DNA from: Nitrospinales bacterium
GTDB taxonomy: Bacteria; Nitrospinota; Nitrospinia; Nitrospinales; VA-1
Length of the DNA stretch: 32,000 nucleotides
Reading direction: 5' to 3'
Assembly: GCA_965262115.1 (NCBI GenBank)
Contig: OZ253496.1
Span: 875,802 to 907,801, forward strand
This document shows positions 1 through 9,312 of the stretch, one piece after another. Under the pieces are notes generated by a model, which saw nothing but the letters and a program-made list of their open reading frames with translations, was not told the origin of the DNA and made no database searches. The stretch's first letter is position 1. Each line of letters starts with the position of its first letter. The position numbers and the translations under genes are program-made.

Positions 1-158
1 CGGAGCCCTTTTTTAGTGGTTGGAGAGGATTGAAAGATTGACCTGGGGACCGGCTGTAAACGCAAATCGTGACTACCGCAGTTTACTACCGCACATTGAC
101 CTGAGAGGACGGATCGCTGTACGATCAAATCTTAGTTACTACACGGTTCTGCCGCACA

Positions 159-1425
159 TCATTTAACTTTCCCTCGCTTGGTGATTTTCCCTGAGGGAAC
201 TGACATATCCAGACTCAAATCTCTGGCTGTCTTGACCATGAACAAATCAAGGAGACTCTGGGCGGCATTAACATTTTGTCCTTTTTGCCCCCCGGACATT
301 ACAACATTCGGAACCCATTGTCCCTTGTAATCTTTCATAGCTTGGGCGTAGTAACTATTTACCTCCTTCCAAGCCTCTAGTTTTTGAGCCAAAGCGCCGT
401 CGGCGTTCATGACAAGTTTTTTCCTCTCAGACTCGCCCTGCCCCAAAAGAATCTGCCTTTCTTTCTCCTCCTTGGCCGCCATTTTCATCAATTTTGCCAC
501 CGCAAGCTCTTTTGCTGCATGCAGTTCAGCCACCTCTTTCTGTTGCTGGGCTTCTACAATGGCCTTGACCTTCTCCTGCTCTTTTTCATATTTGGATTGC
601 ATGACATCGGCCTTACCCTTCATCTCAATGGTCTTGGCATCCTGCTCTGCCTTTTTGGCATTGGCTCGAGCCGTTTCAACCTCCATGATGGCTTTTCGTT
701 GGGCCTCAATTTGACTTTCAACCACTTGAGGATATTTGATGGCGGTAATTCTAAAGGCATCGAAAGAAATGCCAGTACCCTCCATAGGGTTCCCCTCCCG
801 CAGGAGATTCCCATTTTCATCACGCAGGATCTCTTTAAAGTGTTTCGTTGTTTTCTTACCTGTCATCGGATCAATGATTTGCTTATCATTGGTGACGGTT
901 TTATACACCCCATTGAGCAATCGGTCGAAAGCCATGGAATCAAAATCTGCCCTCTTTTCGTCGAAAGATTCCTTGGCAGACATGAGGTTTCCCGTCAAGC
1001 GCAAAACTCGTCCCAAATGTGGATAAGCCAACTGCTCCATAACAGAATTTATGGAACGGAATCCATGTTTAGTGATGAGATCCAAGGCCTTCTCCTCAGA
1101 TTTAGGCATATACACACGCACCGTCCCAAGCACTGTAGACTGGGAACCATAGTTAAAACGTGTGGGAATGACATGATCTCTGGTAAAATCAAAGGTTGTT
1201 GATACTGGCCAGGTCTGCACATCTCCAAAACATTGACACCACATTCCAGGGTCCATTTTGACCGTTAAGGTTCCCGTTATGGGAAACTGCCGGATCTGAG
1301 TAGGTACCCTTCTCAACAGTTTCAAAAGCATTCATCCCTAGTAAGATCACGACAACCAAAATAACAATGGAAATTACCTTATTAGGGGACATGAATTTAG
1401 GGATTAATTCGTTAGGCATTTATGG
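159..1425 (-). pseudogene. SPFH/band-7-like membrane-associated protein, split by an apparent frameshift (ORFs 159-1331 and 1189-1419)
   Basis: The N-terminal ORF (MSPNKVISIVILVVVILLGMNAFETVEKGTY, a TM anchor) and the downstream ORF (QIRQFPITGTLTVKMDPGMWCQCFGDVQTW..., with a long Ala/Glu/Lys coiled-coil tail) join naturally near nt 1298-1303 if one base is removed. Confidence 0.6.
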
Positions 1426-1759
1426 CCTCCAAAGTTAAAAGATGTGCATTCCAACATCAACTTGGACGACGACAATGGCCAAGTGAAGCCTTTATTCGAG
1501 TTGTAAATTTGGCGTGGATTATAACAGAATTGGGCGATTTAGCATAGTAAACGTGTTCCAGGCTAGACCCACCATTGTCTGGTTTCTCCCCCGCAACCCC
1601 GGCCTATTGAGAGGGCTTCCAGCTCATTGCCTCGCACCGGAAGGCAGGTAGCCGAATTGAAAAGAGGATAATTTAATTAAAGTCCCAAGCAGTATTGAGT
1701 TAATAAGCCATGAAGGTAGAGTAGTAATCAACATATTCTCCTAATTAAGGGGAATCGTA

Positions 1760-1791
1760 GGGTTGGAGGTTCAAATCTTCTCGCCCCGACT
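1760..1791 (+). other. tRNA 3'-end-like fragment (T-arm plus acceptor 3' strand), possible integration scar
   Basis: GGTTGGAGGTTCAAATCTTCTCGCCCCGACTA has a T-loop-like GGTTCAAATC followed by a 7-nt acceptor-like CGCCCCG plus A. No 5' tRNA body is adjacent. Confidence 0.45.
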
Positions 1792-2424
1792 AGTAAAAAC
1801 AAGGACGTAACAGTTTTCGTTAGGTCCTTTTGTTGTGGGATGTAGTCAAAATGTAGTCAAATCACCGGATATATAGGGAGCCACCGGACTCACCGGAAAA
1901 GAAATTCAACCTAGGTTGAATTCTGGAAGATTTTAAGTCACTGACTTTCAAAAAAAGCGCATTTAAATGATTATTTGGAAACTGCCCTTGGGTATATCAC
2001 ACCGGCGTGATAGGCCGGAGTTAATTTAATTAACCTCTACAACGGGGCTTCCACAAACTATTGACTGAATGAGAGTTGCTAGAATCCTGACAGATTTGTT
2101 CAGCTCTTTTTTTATGCCTTTGGTTGTGGGCAAATTGTGGGCAATTGATACTTCATCGCCACTAATAGGACAAAGGCCGGGAAGGTTGAAAGTGATTACA
2201 TCGTCATCCTAGTTACTGATGTAAATAACTCCCTCATAGTCGCCAAAGGTTTGGCAAGGGACTAAGGGGCAGCAATAGAAAAAGAGAATTAGGAAAACGA
2301 ATTTCTTCATGGACCACCTCAAGAGTCTGGGGATGCAATCACTCTTTTTCAGGTTGGCGATGTTTTTCAATTGTTTGGTATAATACGCTCCAATTCACCG
2401 AATATTTTTAGAGTAGTGGAATTT

Positions 2425-2745
2425 ATGGTCGAACATAATTTAAGGAAATGGCAGCACATTTTAGATGGCCAAGGCAAAACATTTTCCATCAATGGCCAGC
2501 AGGTAGCGGTGTTCAATATTGACGGTGAAATTTTTGCTTTTGATGATGAATGCCCACACTTGGCAGGTTCTTTGGGCAGTGGTAAATTGGAAGGTAAACT
2601 AGTGACCTGCCCGAACCACGGTTGGCAATTTGATGTCACCGACGGAAAATGTGTTACCTTGGATCGATGTGATGATGGATGCGTGATTGACACTTATCCG
2701 GTAAAGATAGAAAACGACGAGATAATTTTAAGTTTGTCCTCATAA
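2425..2745 (+). CDS. Rieske-type [2Fe-2S] ferredoxin
   Basis: Contains CPH...CPNHGWQFDV, i.e. the CxH/CxxH Rieske ligand pattern. The ORF track begins at 2371; the more likely Met is at 2425. Confidence 0.85.
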   Translation: MVEHNLRKWQHILDGQGKTFSINGQQVAVFNIDGEIFAFDDECPHLAGSLGSGKLEGKLVTCPNHGWQFDVTDGKCVTLDRCDDGCVIDTYPVKIENDEIILSLSS

Positions 2746-2898
2746 GCAATTTTATTTCCCCCAGCCCTCTCTCCTTCTCAGAAATGGAATATATCCCGTC
2801 ATCCGAATGTGGACCCTTTGAGGTAAAAAGCTAAGAGGTACTTTCTGCTAAACTTTCCTTCTCCACGGGTACTTGCCCGTTGCCGCTCTGGCGAAGAG

Positions 2899-2970
2899 TA
2901 GCCCCAAGGGGAGTCGAACCCCTGTTTCCGGCGTGAGAGGCCAGCGTCCTAACCACTAGACGATGGGGCC
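2899..2970 (-). tRNA. tRNA-Glu (anticodon CTC)
   Basis: The reverse complement GGCCCCATCGTCTAGTGGTTAGGACGCTGGCCTCTCACGCCGGAAACAGGGGTTCGACTCCCCTTGGGGCT folds as a cloverleaf with CTC in the anticodon loop. Confidence 0.92.
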
Positions 2971-3012
2971 ATATAAAATGGTGGGTGGTTATCTTAACTC
3001 AAATGGGGAAAT

Positions 3013-3477
3013 TTAGAACCCGTCTTTTTTCATGATCGGTGGACCGTACCGGTTTTTCTTTTTCTCTTTGCGGACCGCTTCTTCCGCATCCAGGTCGCGT
3101 TTGTTCACTCCAAAAATAAGAAACGTCATCAAGGGGTAAGCCGGGAGGGACAGCACCCCCCAAGTGAGCATGAACTTGTTCCCCGCAGAAATCATGCCTC
3201 CATCGCTCCCCTCATTCCCACTTGTGCCAAAAGCCAAAAACAGCATCAGACCCAGGAGCATTCCCATTAATGAAGAGATTGAGGTTTTATGCGCCACCTC
3301 ATTCATATATAGTGTCGGCAAAAGCGGGAAATCACTGACATAAGCGCCGATGAGTCCCAAAGTAAACATAATAAACATTGCCGCCATTAAAAATTCGTTA
3401 GTGATGGCAATGGTAGCCACCAACTGGTAAACGGGAGCCCAAAGCGCGACAATAAATGGATTACGGTAAATATTCAT
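3013..3477 (-). CDS. Small multi-pass membrane protein of unknown function
   Basis: 154 aa with about four hydrophobic segments and a charged C-terminus. Confidence 0.6.
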   Translation of the reverse strand: MNIYRNPFIVALWAPVYQLVATIAITNEFLMAAMFIMFTLGLIGAYVSDFPLLPTLYMNEVAHKTSISSLMGMLLGLMLFLAFGTSGNEGSDGGMISAGNKFMLTWGVLSLPAYPLMTFLIFGVNKRDLDAEEAVRKEKKKNRYGPPIMKKDGF

Positions 3478-3536
3478 ATTTCCTCAAAGCGGAGAATTTC
3501 CGCCGGACATTGCCTCCACGGCTAGTGGCCAAAGGG

Positions 3537-3610
3537 TGGCTCGGGTACAAGGATTCGAACCTCGACATTCAGAACCAGAATCTGACGTCCTACCGTTAGA
3601 CGATACCCGA
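3537..3610 (-). tRNA. tRNA-Gln (anticodon CTG), 3' CCA apparently encoded
   Basis: The reverse complement TCGGGTATCGTCTAACGGTAGGACGTCAGATTCTGGTTCTGAATGTCGAGGTTCGAATCCTTGTACCCGAGCCA has anticodon stem TCAGA/TCTGA and loop TTCTGGT. Confidence 0.92.
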
Positions 3611-3706
3611 CCACTAATTTCTTGGAAAACTTGATTTATAATAGTTTTAGATGCGAAAACTGTCAAGCAGAGAACCTCTGCCCACTAGGCGTGGGGGCCA
3701 GCTAGT

Positions 3707-3830
3707 CAAAGCCCGTCTTTGCGAGGAGCCAACTGCGACGAAGCAATCCAGAATACCTTTGCAGAGCATGAAGGCTAATGAGCACGGCACTGGATCGCCG
3801 CGCTCCTTTCAGTCTCTCGCGATGACGAAA
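3707..3830. repeat. Palindromic intergenic repeat of the TTGCGAGGAGC...GCGACGAAGCAATCCAG...CTGGATCGCCGCGCTCC...CTCGCGATGACG type
   Basis: Complementary end modules face each other (GTCTTTGCGAGGAGC...GCAATCCAG versus CTGGATCGCCGCGCTCC...CTCGCGATGACG), and the region is non-coding. Confidence 0.65.
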
Positions 3831-3917
3831 GTGTGGTTTTTAATATTCAGGCGGGTAGGGCCACCGGTGAGCCGCCAGAGGCAATAGCCCATAAAGCCGA
3901 GAGGACACTTATCCGCA

Positions 3918-3960
3918 TGTGATATCGCTACACTTGCTTCATGCCCCAAAGGGGTAAAAT
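3918..3960 (+). repeat. Dispersed intergenic repeat, copy 1 (TGTGATATC...CATGCCCC..GGGGTA)
   Basis: TGTGATATCGCTACACTTGCTTCATGCCCCAAAGGGGTAAAAT; matches other copies in this window by eye. Confidence 0.55.
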
Positions 3961-3995
3961 AAAGACATCGCAAGTTACCAGCGGAGGTACTCCGC
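3956..3995 (+). repeat. 40-bp repeat module A (35/40 identical to 21806-21845)
   Basis: AAAATAAAGACATCGCAAGTTACCAGCGGAGGTACTCCGC. Confidence 0.75.
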
Positions 3996-4016
3996 TAGTG
4001 AAAGGAACCTCTTTAT

Positions 4017-4586
4017 ATGCGCGTAATTTCGGGCACCGCCCGGGGAACCCGTCTGGCCAGCCTGGGCTCTGCCGACATCCGCCCTACCCTCGATCGGGTC
4101 AAGGAATCGTTTTTCAATCAGGTCGGCCCCGGCCTCGAAGGGGTGGCCTTCCTCGATTTGTTCGCCGGTAGTGGAAGCATGGGCATTGAGGCGCTTAGTC
4201 GGGACGCAGAAACGGTAGTGTTTGTCGAACCCAACCCTGAGGCCCAGTGCATCATCATGCAAAATCTGGAAAAATGCAAAATGACCGGTGACACCCCACG
4301 CTGGGTTTTATTGCAATCCCCTGCCCACACTGAATTGCAAACACTTGAGCAGCGGAAGCTGGCCTTCGACCTCGTTTATGTAGACCCGCCTTTCGCCGAC
4401 GACTTGTATGAACCGACCTTGCTGGAGCTATCGCCATCGGGAATACTGCGCCAGGATGCTATGGTCGTGGTGGAACATTTCCATAAAACCGTTTTGCAGA
4501 AAAACTATGGTAAACTTGAATTTTATAAAGATCGGCGATTGGGCGATTCCTGCCTTTCTTTTTTTCGATTTAAAGACTCCCTTTAA
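4017..4586 (+). CDS. rsmD: 16S rRNA (guanine966-N2)-methyltransferase RsmD
   Basis: MRVISGTARGTRL...RPTLDRVKESFFN...FLDLFAGSGSMGIEALSR...VYVDPPF motifs. Confidence 0.9.
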   Translation: MRVISGTARGTRLASLGSADIRPTLDRVKESFFNQVGPGLEGVAFLDLFAGSGSMGIEALSRDAETVVFVEPNPEAQCIIMQNLEKCKMTGDTPRWVLLQSPAHTELQTLEQRKLAFDLVYVDPPFADDLYEPTLLELSPSGILRQDAMVVVEHFHKTVLQKNYGKLEFYKDRRLGDSCLSFFRFKDSL

Positions 4587-4589
4587 ACT

Positions 4590-5663
4590 ATGATGGATAC
4601 ACAAAAAATTGTTATTGCTATGAGCGGTGGGGTAGACAGCTCCGTGGCTGCCGCGATCATGAAGGAACGCGGATACGAGGCGATTGGGGTTTCTCTGCAG
4701 TTGTGGAACTATTCCAATTCGGATAACCGGTTCGGCACCTGTTGTTCTCTCGATGATATGGCCGATGCCCGACGGGTGGCAGAGCGGGTCGGCATTCCTT
4801 TTTACATCCTCAACATGGAAAAAAAGTTTAAGGAAGAGGTGGTGGACTATTTCATCTCGGAGTACATGCAGGCGAGGACACCGATTCCCTGCACACTGTG
4901 CAACCAGAAACTGAAATTTGAAGAGTTGATCCACAAGGCTGAGTCGTTTGGAATTCGGCGCGTTGCTACCGGACATTACGCCTCCATCGTCAAGCATTTT
5001 TCCGGGAACCTAATGGTACGCCGGGGCCGGGACCGGTTTAAAGACCAGAGTTATTTTCTGTTCAACTTGTCGCAGGAACAACTGGCGCGGCTGGAGTTTC
5101 CGCTCGGTGACATGGATAAAAAAGAAGTGCGCGAACGCGCCCGGCAACTAGGATTGAACGTGGCCGAAAAAGCCGAGTCGCATGAAATCTGTTTCATTCC
5201 TGATAACGACTACCCCCGGTTCATCGCCAAACAGTTAAACGGCCAAGCCCTGCAGGAGGGAGAGATCGTCAACTCCGCAGGCAAAGTTCTGGGCAAGCAT
5301 CCGGGTTACCCGGCGTTCACCATCGGGCAGAGAAAAGGGCTTAACCTTGGCGGCCTCAAGGAACCCCATTTTGTGACGCATATTGACCCGGTGCAAAACC
5401 GCATTACCGTTGGCCCCAAGCACGAACTGGCCCAACCCGACTGCACGGTGAACCAGGTAAAATGGAGCCTGGAATTTTCCGGTCCATTGCGCGCCGATGT
5501 GCAGGTCCGTTACCGACACCAGGGGGTCCCCGCAACCGTGACACCGCTTGACGGCTTGCGGGCAAAGATCGAGTTTGACGAGCCGCAGATTTCCATCGCG
5601 CCCGGCCAGTCCGCCGTATTTTATCAGGATGACTGCGTAGTCGGCGGTGGGTGGCTGGAGTGA
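4590..5663 (+). CDS. mnmA: tRNA-specific 2-thiouridylase MnmA
   Basis: AMSGGVDSSVAAA PP-loop, TPIPCTLCNQKLKF, GHYA, KDQSYFLF, and SHEICFIPD motifs. Confidence 0.95.
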   Translation: MMDTQKIVIAMSGGVDSSVAAAIMKERGYEAIGVSLQLWNYSNSDNRFGTCCSLDDMADARRVAERVGIPFYILNMEKKFKEEVVDYFISEYMQARTPIPCTLCNQKLKFEELIHKAESFGIRRVATGHYASIVKHFSGNLMVRRGRDRFKDQSYFLFNLSQEQLARLEFPLGDMDKKEVRERARQLGLNVAEKAESHEICFIPDNDYPRFIAKQLNGQALQEGEIVNSAGKVLGKHPGYPAFTIGQRKGLNLGGLKEPHFVTHIDPVQNRITVGPKHELAQPDCTVNQVKWSLEFSGPLRADVQVRYRHQGVPATVTPLDGLRAKIEFDEPQISIAPGQSAVFYQDDCVVGGGWLE

Positions 5664-6433
5664 GCGAAGCGGTTCAAGTGGCGGTTGAAGCCGCTTTAGC
5701 CGCCGGAAAAATCCTGCGCGAACGAAAGGACTCCATCGGGAAAATATCTTACAAAGAATTTTATGATCCCGTCACAGAAGTCGATCTCCTCTGCGAGCAG
5801 ACGATTATCTCCCGCATCAAAAAAACCTTTCCCGAACACGATATTCTGGCCGAAGAGTCCGGTAGCACCCAAGGCAACTCGTCAACAAGCAAATGGATCA
5901 TTGACCCACTCGATGGCACTTTGAACTATTCCCACGGTTATCCCTGTTATTGCGTTTCGATCGGATTGGAACACGAAGGCCAGTTGGAAGTCGGTGTGGT
6001 GTACAACCCCTGCCTGGACGAGTTGTTCGTTGCCGAACGAGGCAAAGAGGCCAGCCTCAATAACAAGCCCATCAAGGTTTCCACCATCCCAACATTAAAA
6101 GAAAGTCTGCTCGTTACAGGTTTTCATCCCAAAGTGGTCAATTCTCTGGATGACAACTTAAACCATTTTTGCCGGTTCATGAAATTGTGTCAGGCGGTGC
6201 GCCGTCCCGGCTCCGCCGCCATGGACATGGTATATACAGCGATGGGCCGGTTCGAAGGGTTCTGGGAGATCAAACTCAGTCCCTGGGATGTCGCGGGGGG
6301 CGCGTTGATCGTGACAGAAGCCGGGGGCACCTTGTCGAAGTTTGATGGAAGCCCGACAACGATTTACGATGAGGAAATCCTGGTCAGCAACGGCCTCATC
6401 CATCAGGAGATGGTCGACGTTCTCCGCCAGTAG
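5651..6433 (+). CDS. Inositol monophosphatase family protein (IMPase/CysQ-like)
   Basis: DPVTEVDLLCEQTII, LAEESG, WIIDPLDGTLNYSHGYP, and WDVAGGALIVTEAGG motifs; overlaps the mnmA stop. Confidence 0.9.
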   Translation: MAGVSEAVQVAVEAALAAGKILRERKDSIGKISYKEFYDPVTEVDLLCEQTIISRIKKTFPEHDILAEESGSTQGNSSTSKWIIDPLDGTLNYSHGYPCYCVSIGLEHEGQLEVGVVYNPCLDELFVAERGKEASLNNKPIKVSTIPTLKESLLVTGFHPKVVNSLDDNLNHFCRFMKLCQAVRRPGSAAMDMVYTAMGRFEGFWEIKLSPWDVAGGALIVTEAGGTLSKFDGSPTTIYDEEILVSNGLIHQEMVDVLRQ

Positions 6434-6495
6434 GCGTGGAGCTGTGATATCCCTTCATTAGCTTTCGCCCTTTCTACCCCGGCGGGGCATGGAGG
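6431..6495 (+). repeat. Dispersed intergenic repeat, copy 2
   Basis: TAGGCGTGGAGCTGTGATATCCCTTCATTAGCTTTCG...CCCCGGCGGGGCATGGAGG. Confidence 0.55.
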
Positions 6496-7127
6496 CTAGA
6501 GGGCCTGCCTTTATCATGAAAATTTTATTTCTACTAATCCTAATTACTATCGGAGGATGCCAGACCGTCCCGGAAAAGGACTGCGTTGGTTGCGCCCATG
6601 ACCTCTATCTATGGAAAACGGCGGTGGACACCGTTGCCAAGGCCAACTTCCCCAACGAGGAATTTAACGCCGTGGTGCATTACACAGATTTTTCCAATGC
6701 CTGGGTGACCACGGGAAACGATGTCCATATCACCGATGATCTTCTGTTTCAATTAACGCCAGAGCAGAGAGTGGCCGTGGCGGCACACGAAATCGGCCAT
6801 TTAAAAGCAGGCCATTATTATTCCAGCATGGGAGTTTCGATTCTTACATCCATCGCCTTTTCGGTGGCCAATGTGTTTGTGCCGGGGGTGGGCTATGCCG
6901 AGTATCTGGTGAAACCGGTTGTCGTTGGCGGGTTCTCCCGCCCACAGGAACTGGAGGCCGATGTACCGCCTCACCATTTGATTGAAGTGTTTCAGGTTTT
7001 CCGTAAGGTGTCTGGAGGCAAGTCCGATGAGGCCAGCTATTTTTCCACCCATCCGACCACGAGCGAACGCATCAAGCAGATAGAAAGTTTTTACAAAGTA
7101 TCTGAACCTCAGGTGGAGGAAAACTAA
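6489..7127 (+). CDS. M48-family metallopeptidase-like lipoprotein
   Basis: Lipobox-like LILITIGGC, VAAHEIGHLKAGH (HExxH), QELEAD, and FSTHPTTSERI. Confidence 0.8.
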   Translation: MEARGPAFIMKILFLLILITIGGCQTVPEKDCVGCAHDLYLWKTAVDTVAKANFPNEEFNAVVHYTDFSNAWVTTGNDVHITDDLLFQLTPEQRVAVAAHEIGHLKAGHYYSSMGVSILTSIAFSVANVFVPGVGYAEYLVKPVVVGGFSRPQELEADVPPHHLIEVFQVFRKVSGGKSDEASYFSTHPTTSERIKQIESFYKVSEPQVEEN

Positions 7128-9046
7128 TCTTTTTCAGCGGCGTCCGGTTTCACCAAATAGGTGTATCCGCTCAGCCCCGCCTTATAGAGATCGAGAAAAT
7201 CATCGGCTTCTTGTTGCGTGACCACGCCCCGTTGCACACACCCGATCAGGAAACCATCTATGCGCCCTGCAAGTTCATCGGCGCTGAACTGCACATAGTC
7301 TAGAACATCCGTCACATCTTCCCCTTCAATGATCTGCTCGTAGTTCACCGATCCGTCTTCTTTAATTGAAACGTGAACCGTATTGGTATCGCCAAACAGG
7401 TTGTGCAGGTCTCCCAAAATTTCCTGGTACGCTCCAGTGAGAAAAATGCAAAGGGAATAGCTTTCTTCGGGTTTGAGGGAATGCACTCTCATGGTGTTTT
7501 CGGTTCCACGGTGGTTGCCGATGAAATTGTCTATCCTTCCATCTGAATCGCAGGTGAGGTCTTCCAGCGTTGCGTCGCGGTTGGGTTCTTCATTCAGGCG
7601 GTGCAGGGGCACAACCGGAAACACCTGGTCAATCGCCCATGAGTCGGGCACCGATTGGAACACAGAAAAATTGCAGAAATATTTGTCTGCCAGCTTGGTT
7701 TTAAGAGAGCGGATATCATCTGGCAGGAATTTCAGCCGGGAACCCAGTTTTTCAATTTTCCGGCAAATCCCCCAGTAAATACGTTCGGCCACAGCTCGGT
7801 CGGCTAGGGAAATCAAGCCGAGTAGAAACTTATTCTGCACCTCCTCTTTCAGGTGCACGGCATCATGCCACGACTCGATAAGGTTTTTGTTGGAGGTGGA
7901 GTCGAGCACATCAAAAATTTCTTTCACCACTTCAGGCGCATCATCGGCAATTTCAATCTGGTCACTCCATTCCGGAAAGCTGGTCACATCCAGCACGTTC
8001 ACAACAAGAATAGAGTGATGTGCTGTCATGGCACGACCCGATTCCGAAATGATATTCGGGTGCGGCAGGTCTTCTGCCCGACAAATTTCCAGAAGGTGAT
8101 AGACCACATCGTTGGCATATTCCTGCACTGAATAATTGGTGCTGGACGCGAAGGTAGACCGCGACCCGTCGTAGTCAACACCCAACCCACCGCCCACATC
8201 TATATACTGAATATTGCACCCAAACTTCATCAATTCAGAATAGAACCGCCCCACTTCTTTCAGGATGTTTTTGATTCTGCGGATATTAGTGATCTGACTT
8301 CCCAGATGAAAGTGAATCAGTTTGACACAATCGAGGATATTTTTATTTTTGGCGATTTCCAGGGCTTCCATAAGTTCCATCGTGTTCAATCCGAACTTGG
8401 AATATTCCCCAGCTGAGGAGGACCAACGCCCCTGCCCCGCACTCACCAGCTTGATGCGGAGTCCGATATTAGGTTGCACTCCCAGTTCCCCGGCTACTTT
8501 CTCGATCAACGTCAGCTCATCAAGTTTCTCCACAACGATGAATACCTTTTTACCCAGCTTCTGGCTCATCAATGCCAGACGAATAAAAGCTTCATCTTTA
8601 TAGCCATTGCAGATCAGCAAGGCTTCCGGGTTGTCGAGGATGGCGAGTATGGCGTGCAGTTCTGGTTTGGACCCGGCTTCCAGTCCAATATTGTAAGGCT
8701 GTCCGAATCTTACAATCTCTTCCACCACCTGCCTTTGCTGGTTAACCTTGATGGGGTAGACCCCGTGATACCGGCCCTCAAAACCATATTCCTCCATGGA
8801 GTTTTGAAATGAGTTGGCAAGATTGGCGATACTGGCTTTAAGAATATCTGAAAATCGAATCAACACCGGCAGAGAATATCCCTTAGACTGGATATCATCG
8901 ACCAGTTCCTTGAGATCAATATGATGCGCGCTCTTCCTGTCGGGGCGCACAACAATATTGCCCTTGGAATTGATGTCGAAATAACCCGCTCCCCAACCAT
9001 TAATGTTGTAATGTTCGTGGGCTTCGTCGATGGTCCATTTCGTCAT
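7124..9046 (-). CDS. speA: Biosynthetic arginine decarboxylase
   Basis: WTIDEAHEHYNINGWGAGYFDIN, YHGVYPIKVNQQRQVVEEI, and HFHLGSQITNI. The ORF track extends to 9094 but the conserved start is MTKWTIDEA at 9046. Confidence 0.95.
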   Translation of the reverse strand: MTKWTIDEAHEHYNINGWGAGYFDINSKGNIVVRPDRKSAHHIDLKELVDDIQSKGYSLPVLIRFSDILKASIANLANSFQNSMEEYGFEGRYHGVYPIKVNQQRQVVEEIVRFGQPYNIGLEAGSKPELHAILAILDNPEALLICNGYKDEAFIRLALMSQKLGKKVFIVVEKLDELTLIEKVAGELGVQPNIGLRIKLVSAGQGRWSSSAGEYSKFGLNTMELMEALEIAKNKNILDCVKLIHFHLGSQITNIRRIKNILKEVGRFYSELMKFGCNIQYIDVGGGLGVDYDGSRSTFASSTNYSVQEYANDVVYHLLEICRAEDLPHPNIISESGRAMTAHHSILVVNVLDVTSFPEWSDQIEIADDAPEVVKEIFDVLDSTSNKNLIESWHDAVHLKEEVQNKFLLGLISLADRAVAERIYWGICRKIEKLGSRLKFLPDDIRSLKTKLADKYFCNFSVFQSVPDSWAIDQVFPVVPLHRLNEEPNRDATLEDLTCDSDGRIDNFIGNHRGTENTMRVHSLKPEESYSLCIFLTGAYQEILGDLHNLFGDTNTVHVSIKEDGSVNYEQIIEGEDVTDVLDYVQFSADELAGRIDGFLIGCVQRGVVTQQEADDFLDLYKAGLSGYTYLVKPDAAEKD

Positions 9047-9190
9047 AACACAATTGCTCTCTAAAATTTTATCTACTGCTAGTCGCAGGGGCAACTGGCA
9101 TGAGCTCTTTCAGCCGAGATAACTCTTTGCTAGCAGAAAAAGTTATTGCTAATTTCCTCAAGGCGTAGCCTTGTTGCTATTTGTACTCCT

Positions 9191-9246
9191 TCTACCCCTT
9201 CGAGGCATAAAAGATAATGAGAGGATATCACAGCCCCCCGCCTAGT
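9191..9246 (-). repeat. Dispersed intergenic repeat, copy 3
   Basis: Reverse complement CCACTAGGCGGGGGGCTGTGATATCCTCATTATCTTTTATGCCTCGAAGGGGTAGA. Confidence 0.55.
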
Positions 9247-9312
9247 GGAATGTCAATTGAAAACAAAGGCATTCTTTGATTCGCCAACCTGTGCTATAAA
9301 ATCTGGGTTATA

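Noticed and set aside
384-1202. Long + strand ORF opposite the SPFH-type gene
   Set aside because: It is antisense to a coding region with clear domain signatures, and its His/Leu/Phe-rich composition is typical of a shadow ORF.
1800-2370. Intact integrase or transposase
   Set aside because: No ORF with integrase or transposase motifs is present; only short repeats and a tRNA-like fragment remain.
3651-4171. Short + strand ORFs (3651-3887, 3941-4171)
   Set aside because: They lie over palindromic repeat modules and overlap the start of rsmD, with no protein-like signature.
6960-7040. Frameshift in the M48 peptidase after ELEAD
   Set aside because: The C-terminal part is shorter than typical, but no alternative frame restores a convincing continuation, so disruption is not supported.
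7473-8812. Several + strand ORFs inside speA
   Set aside because: They are shadow ORFs of a strongly conserved enzyme.
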